Below, piece after piece: positions 58,659 to 64,000 of a DNA stretch of 64,000 bases (its first letter is position 1; every line of letters starts with the position of its first letter). The position numbers and the translations under genes are program-made. This DNA is from the human T2T-CHM13v2.0 reference genome, Homo sapiens, in NCBI RefSeq assembly GCF_009914755.1, contig NC_060927.1. One strand, 5' to 3'. A model generated the notes under the pieces. It saw nothing but the letters and a program-made list of their open reading frames with translations, was not told where the DNA came from and made no database searches.

Positions 58659-59737
58659 GCAGGAAGGCTGCTGTCCATGCACCACAGCATGCTCACCGGC
58701 TCATGTTGCTTTCAGGATCACCCTGAATGAGCAGGAAGGCTGCTGTCCATGCACCACAGCATGCTCACCGGCTCATGTTGCTTTCAGGATCACCCTGAAT
58801 GAGCAGGAAGGCTGCTGTCCATGCACCACAGCACGCTCACCGGCTCATGTTGCTTTCAGGATCACCCTGAATGAGCAGGAAGGCTGCTGTCCATGCACCA
58901 CAGCATGCTCACCGGCTCATGTTGCTTTCAGGATCACCCTGAATGAGCAGGAAGGCTGCTGTCCATGCACCACAGCACGCTCACCGGCTCATGTTGCTTT
59001 CAGGATCACCCTGAATGAGCAGGAAGGCTGCTGTCCATGCACCACAGCACGCTCACCGGCTCATGTTGCTTTCAGGATCACCCTGAATGAGCAGGAAGGC
59101 TGCTGTCCATGCACCACAGCACGCTCACCGGCTCATGTTGCTTTCAGGATCACCCTGAATGAGCAGGAAGGCTGCTGTCCATGCACCACAGCACGCTCAC
59201 CGGCTCATGTTGCTTTCAGGATCACCCTGAATGAGCAGGAAGGCTGCTGTCCATGCACCACAGCATGCTCACCGGCTCATGTTGCTTTCAGGATCACCCT
59301 GAATGAGCAGGAAGGCTGCTGTCCATGCACCACAGCACGCTCACCGGCTCATGTTGCTTTCAGGATCACCCTGAATGAGCAGGAAGGCTGCTGTCCATGC
59401 ACCACAGCACGCTCACCGGCTCATGTTGCTTTCAGGATCACCCTGAATGAGCAGGAAGGCTGCTGTCCATACACCACAGCACGCTCACCGGCTCATGTTG
59501 CTTTCAGGATCACCCTGAATGAGCAGGAAGGCTGCTGTCCATGCACCACAGCATGCTCACCGGCTCATGTTGCTTTCAGGATCACCCTGAATGAGCAGGA
59601 AGGCTGCTGTCCATACACCACAGCACGCTCACCGGCTCATGTTGCTTTCAGGATCACCCTGAATGAGCAGGAAGGCTGCTGTCCATGCACCACAGCACGC
59701 TCACCGGCTCATGTTGCTTTCAGGATCACCCTGAATG
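58659..59737. repeat. 72-bp minisatellite/VNTR, 15 copies
   Basis: Unit gcaggaaggctgctgtccat(g/a)caccacagca(t/c)gctcaccggctcatgttgctttcaggatcaccctgaatga; only two variable positions. Confidence 0.98.
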
Positions 59738-59818
59738 GCAATATGCAACCAGAAAAGGAAGGAGATGAGTGGAGGAGGCACATGTTTTGTTTTGTTTGTT
59801 TGTTTTGTTTTGTTTTTT

Positions 59819-60265
59819 TGCCAGGTCTGTCCCGCAGATTCTGGCCGAAATGAGTACTCAGACACAGGTATGTAGTGTAAAAGCAGCTAGGTTACTGCCT
59901 GTCTCTAGAGGCCAGAGAGCAGCCCTGAGAAGCTAGAGCTCCTTGCTTTTATTCAGTGCAGGCACAATGCCAAAAACCTGGGGCCAACACAACCTGTAGG
60001 TAATTAACAATTATTTTTCCCCTTTCAGGGAATGTCATGCATGGAGATGATCAAAGGTCAGTTCCTGGTCAACATAAGTAAACAAGCCTATTTAAGATAA
60101 ATTCCTTCACACTGCCTTGTACCTACTCCTTGCCCTCTGCCTCAGGGTTATAGAATAGTTGCCTTCAGCTATTCTCCCCCAGGGCTCCGCAGAACCTTCC
60201 TACCTTTCAGAAGGTTTGTGTCCTTTCCCTATAGTTTTTCCCACCACTGTGACCAATCCCCCACG
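59819..60265 (-). mobile_element. LTR22-like (HERV-K HML-5) solo LTR
   Basis: Reverse strand reads cgtgggggattggtcacagtggtgggaaaaactatagggaaagg...aataaaagcaag...tctgcgggacagacctggca; flanked by T6 on both sides. Confidence 0.8.
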
Positions 60266-62934
60266 TTTTTTAATCCTATTGACAAAGAAATGAGACACAT
60301 CATTTTTCTCATAGACCATGGCAAGAAAAAGTCACATGGTCACAACAGAAAACAAAGGTCGCTGAGAAATGTCTCCAGACAGACAGGGGCACCTTTACAT
60401 TATGTAAAGGAAGCTAACATCTTTGATAGTAAAGCCAACTGCCTTTACCATGTATGATATATTTTTTCAATATTGGTGATACCTGCAATGAGTACATTTT
60501 ACCAAAATCTTTCAAAGTGAAATGCAACTAATTCTTGATTAACCTCTTTTCAAATTGATACTGTTTTAATCAATGTACAACAATTCAATTCCATTATCTT
60601 GATTGGTCCTCCATTCCTTGATCAATAAAGAGTGCATTGACATTTTAGCATTCTTTATTCCAAGTTCTTTCAATTACTTTTCAAAAATAATACATACAAA
60701 TAAATACCATATCAATTTATCTCTTAAAAAATGTTATTAAACAAATTATATTAATGAAGAGCTGGAAAAAAGAAAACTAAATTCCATCAATTCAGTTACT
60801 CTATGAAGAGTTTCAATTTTTCCAAGTTTTCAGTTTTGTTCTTGAGAAATTATAATATTATAGCTAAATATTTACATTCCATGATATTTACATTTTCTAA
60901 GAGTATAGTTGGACTGACCACTCACTATACTTTCATACTCAAAGATAAAGAATATGATTTATGTTAAGCGTGAGCAACTAACTGGAGGGTCTGGAAATGT
61001 AAATGTGAACAATTATATCAAGTTTAGGGCCGAAAATAGTTGCCAGTCTCATTAGAGACAGACTCACCATTCAGGACTATTATTTTGCAGAAATAGCCAA
61101 AAAAAGCCAGTACTTGCTCAGCCCAGTTTGATTGCATTTTTGTAGTCTGCATTATCATTTTAATATTCAACCTAGCAGATAGTATTTTTAAGCCAAACAC
61201 ATCAAGGTTCTCAGCAGTGTAACTGCAATACTGTCAGAGTTGCATATGAGCAAGGGCTACATTGGACCCCTCAGCCTGTAGAGGGTAAGATAGTTCCTTA
61301 TGATCCTAATGCCATAGGATTTGCTCAGACTGTTAGTTGGATTCAGATATGGTGTTTATTTTACTCTGCATTAGATACTGAGATTACTGAGACCTCCAAC
61401 CTCTATTGAGAAGCCTCTGGCCTCTAGCACTATAATAATATGCTAATAAAATAACCAGTTTGTTTGTAATTTGTTTTAATCCTTCAAATTTTTTGGTTTG
61501 ATTTGTAAAAAGGTTCATATACCTTTCCTCCCCTATTTTGGGTAATTGGTCGCTTCTAAAATATGTAAAATAAATATATTTTGAAGTAATCACATCAAGT
61601 TTTGAACAATCAAATAGATGTCTTACAGGGAGGCATGTTTTCCCTCATTGCTAAAATTCCTGAGGAGGATAAACCTTGGCTTTCTAGGCATTCTGGTTAA
61701 GTGAAGTTGGTCAAAACAAACTTGTGCTGTAATTATTTTTTTTGTATCTGGAGAAACACTTTTGTAAGTGACACATTTATCGACTTAAATTTTGTACTCA
61801 CTGCCTTCTAAAGGTAATATTTTCTTCACTGTACAGTATAGCTGGATATTAAATTTATGTTCAGAATTAAACATTAATTATGCATAAAATACCTAGGAAA
61901 ACTAATGCATTTAAAATATTTGCAAAAGAACAAAAACTACTGAAGGGAAACAAAGAGAGTTCTTAGTCACATCCCAGCTAGATAGGCTCCTGGAAATAAG
62001 TTCAGTTAATATACTCTTTCAACCATCAGAAGTCCATTCAGCACTTCACAGCTACACAATAGTGGTAAAAGTATTTCCTTAATCCATAGTCCCATTACTT
62101 AAAAAATATGCAAAAAATCAAAATTTTAGTTTTTTTAATGCAACTTTACTTCTTACAAAAATGTCTCAGTGAATGCAAAGGTTTTGCTTGAGGGGCTGGG
62201 TAGAAGGAATGCTGATGGAAAGGTTTGGAGAACCACTACCAAAACTATATGGTGAGCCATGTGGACACTGGGACTTATGAAGTTAGTTGAAATTTCCTTG
62301 GAATTATCCCTTTTCATTTTTAGGTATTGAAAGGTAAATTATTAAAGCATTTTTTCTTTTTAATGAGTAAGTTTTCTTTATCTTTCTTCAAAAGGGGAAA
62401 GTCAATGGTAGAGTTAATCTGAAGTGGCAGATTTTGCAGCTCTTAAAAATTTACTCTCAGAGGAATAACCTGTATATGCTGACCATAATCTGTCTGAAAT
62501 ACTGGGAGATCAGAAATTTTGGGAATTAACAATAAAAAAACATTTAATTGCCCCATCCAAGCCCTCTGTGTAAGCACCTCCCCATAAGCAATTTCCATTC
62601 CATGTAGACAGAAAATGATCCATTATAAATTATCCAAGAGCTGATGGATTTTTCCAATTAATATAGTATCCCTTTAATTCCATGTTAACTTCTGTGCATC
62701 AAACCTTCCCTTATATTTCAGAAATCGGGACTATTTCTTTCCACTTGCCAGTATTTTAAAATAAAAAGACTCTTTAGTCAATTTTGTTAAGGGCTCACAC
62801 ATTCTCTTCCGAGTAGTGAACAGTACCGTGGAACATTTCCCATTGATGAGATCGGTAATTATTGCTGAGTAAAAGAAAAAACAGATTAGAATGATGATAC
62901 TAGTATCTGAAAAGTTAAAAGAAAAAGATAAGCA

Positions 62935-63163
62935 TGATCTTTCCATTTTGGCACTTTTGACATTTGGGGTGGGATAATTCCTTGTTGTGTGCGGATGTCC
63001 TGTACTCTGCAGAATGTTTAGCAGCATCCATGGCTTCTGCCCACTAGATGCCAGTAGCAGTTTCTCCTCTAGTTATGACAGCCAAAAATATCTCCAGACA
63101 GAGCCAAACATCCTCTCAAAGGACACAATTGCCTCCTTCCCCTCTCTTCATTAAAAGCCACTT
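62935..63163 (-). mobile_element. MER20
   Basis: ggcacttttgacatttgg...ggataattc...agaatgtttagcagcatcc...actagatgccagtagca. Confidence 0.85.
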
Positions 63164-64000
63164 GGGTAAAATAAGAACTAACAGGAATAATAAAAATTGC
63201 ACCCTCAAGAATGCCAGTCTTCAAATAATGGGAGTAGATCACCTGTTTATTATAAATCTAGTAGATTGAAGCCTAATATATCTTCCCAGCCACTGCTCTC
63301 CTAGATGCTTCTCTACTTTTTTAGGTGTATTATGGATTGTTTAGCACGCATAGAAGATATATATTTTGTTAACCTGTGTTATGGAATGGAACTGGTGTTA
63401 AGTTTATGGGTTGAGATTCTGAAATTCTTAGTACTTCACTAAAAAATGGGAGTAATTATGTAAGGACTTGGATGGCCCATGTAATGCTGCCTGGTTTATT
63501 CCTTGGAAGAAACCTGACAGACTAAATAGGCAGCATTATCCATATGTCCATGGTGATCCAAGGAAGTCCGATATTACATAAAAGTCATTCTGGTAGTGTC
63601 ATCCCCATTCTCTGTTTTCCTTAGTTCTCAACTGCTGGGAAGGGAGGCAAGGGTTTCAGAATAAAGAGAATGTAAGTGTCGGATGTAAAACCTGGAAGAT
63701 TTATTCAAGATAGCAGTGAACTCTAGCTGTGTTAGCCTTTAGGACGTTGCCTTGCATACACTAAGGGCACCACTTTTTCCCTGTAATTCATTCATCTGCT
63801 CATTACTCCCAGTCAGTACGTGAGCAAATCCTTGCCCTATCCATCGCCAGGGATTTAAAGAATAAAGGTCATTAGAATATTTGGCTTCCCTGGCTACTGA
63901 AACTGGTGCAGATATTAGCTGATGACTCAAAGGATATTCAATGGCAAACAATCTCATGTCTTTTTTGGGACCAATTGGAAGCAGAATTTTTACTAGAATT

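Larger units (their letters stand above)
58520..60450 (-). mobile_element. Old MLT1 (K/L-like) LTR hosting the VNTR and LTR22
   Basis: MLT1-like phrases on both sides (gatttacttcctactcacat; gaaatgagacacatcattt...aagtcacatggtcaca...gctgagaaatgt). Confidence 0.5.

Noticed and set aside
58722-58760. Hammerhead-ribozyme-like core (CUGAAUGA followed by a GCAG/CUGC stem) in the VNTR unit
   Set aside because: Extra base relative to CUGANGA and no GAAA after the stem, so the catalytic core is incomplete
58659-59737. VNTR as a CRISPR array
   Set aside because: No unique spacers, no cas genes, eukaryotic context

Overview
Primate, most likely human, AT-rich intergenic or intronic DNA dominated by transposable elements. 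I recognise no host protein-coding gene, RNA gene, CpG island or CRISPR-like array. Every long ORF in the track is a disrupted LINE-1 ORF1/ORF2 fragment or a chance Alu/LTR frame. Main elements: (1) a complete THE1A MaLR provirus (665-3274) with a 5-bp TSD and an internal Alu; (2) a young AluYd8-like element about 80 bp upstream of a full-length, dead L1PA3-like element (11011-17179) that keeps the ~129-bp ZNF93-bound 5'UTR segment; (3) an old L1PA16/17-like fragment carrying an Alu and a twin-primed, 5'-inverted L1PA10-like insertion; (4) Tigger3b with nested MER1A; (5) a polyadenylated ERV1 3' end lacking U5, which looks like an L1-made retrocopy of retroviral RNA (48218-48861); (6) a near-perfect 15 x 72-bp VNTR with one frame open across the whole array, inside an MLT1 LTR that also hosts an LTR22 (HML-5) solo LTR. 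Several fold-back (template-switch) scars and weak candidate exons and enhancers are also noted. I cannot support a new biological system. Subfamily names come from recalled consensus sequences and need RepeatMasker/Dfam confirmation. Boundaries of old repeats are approximate.
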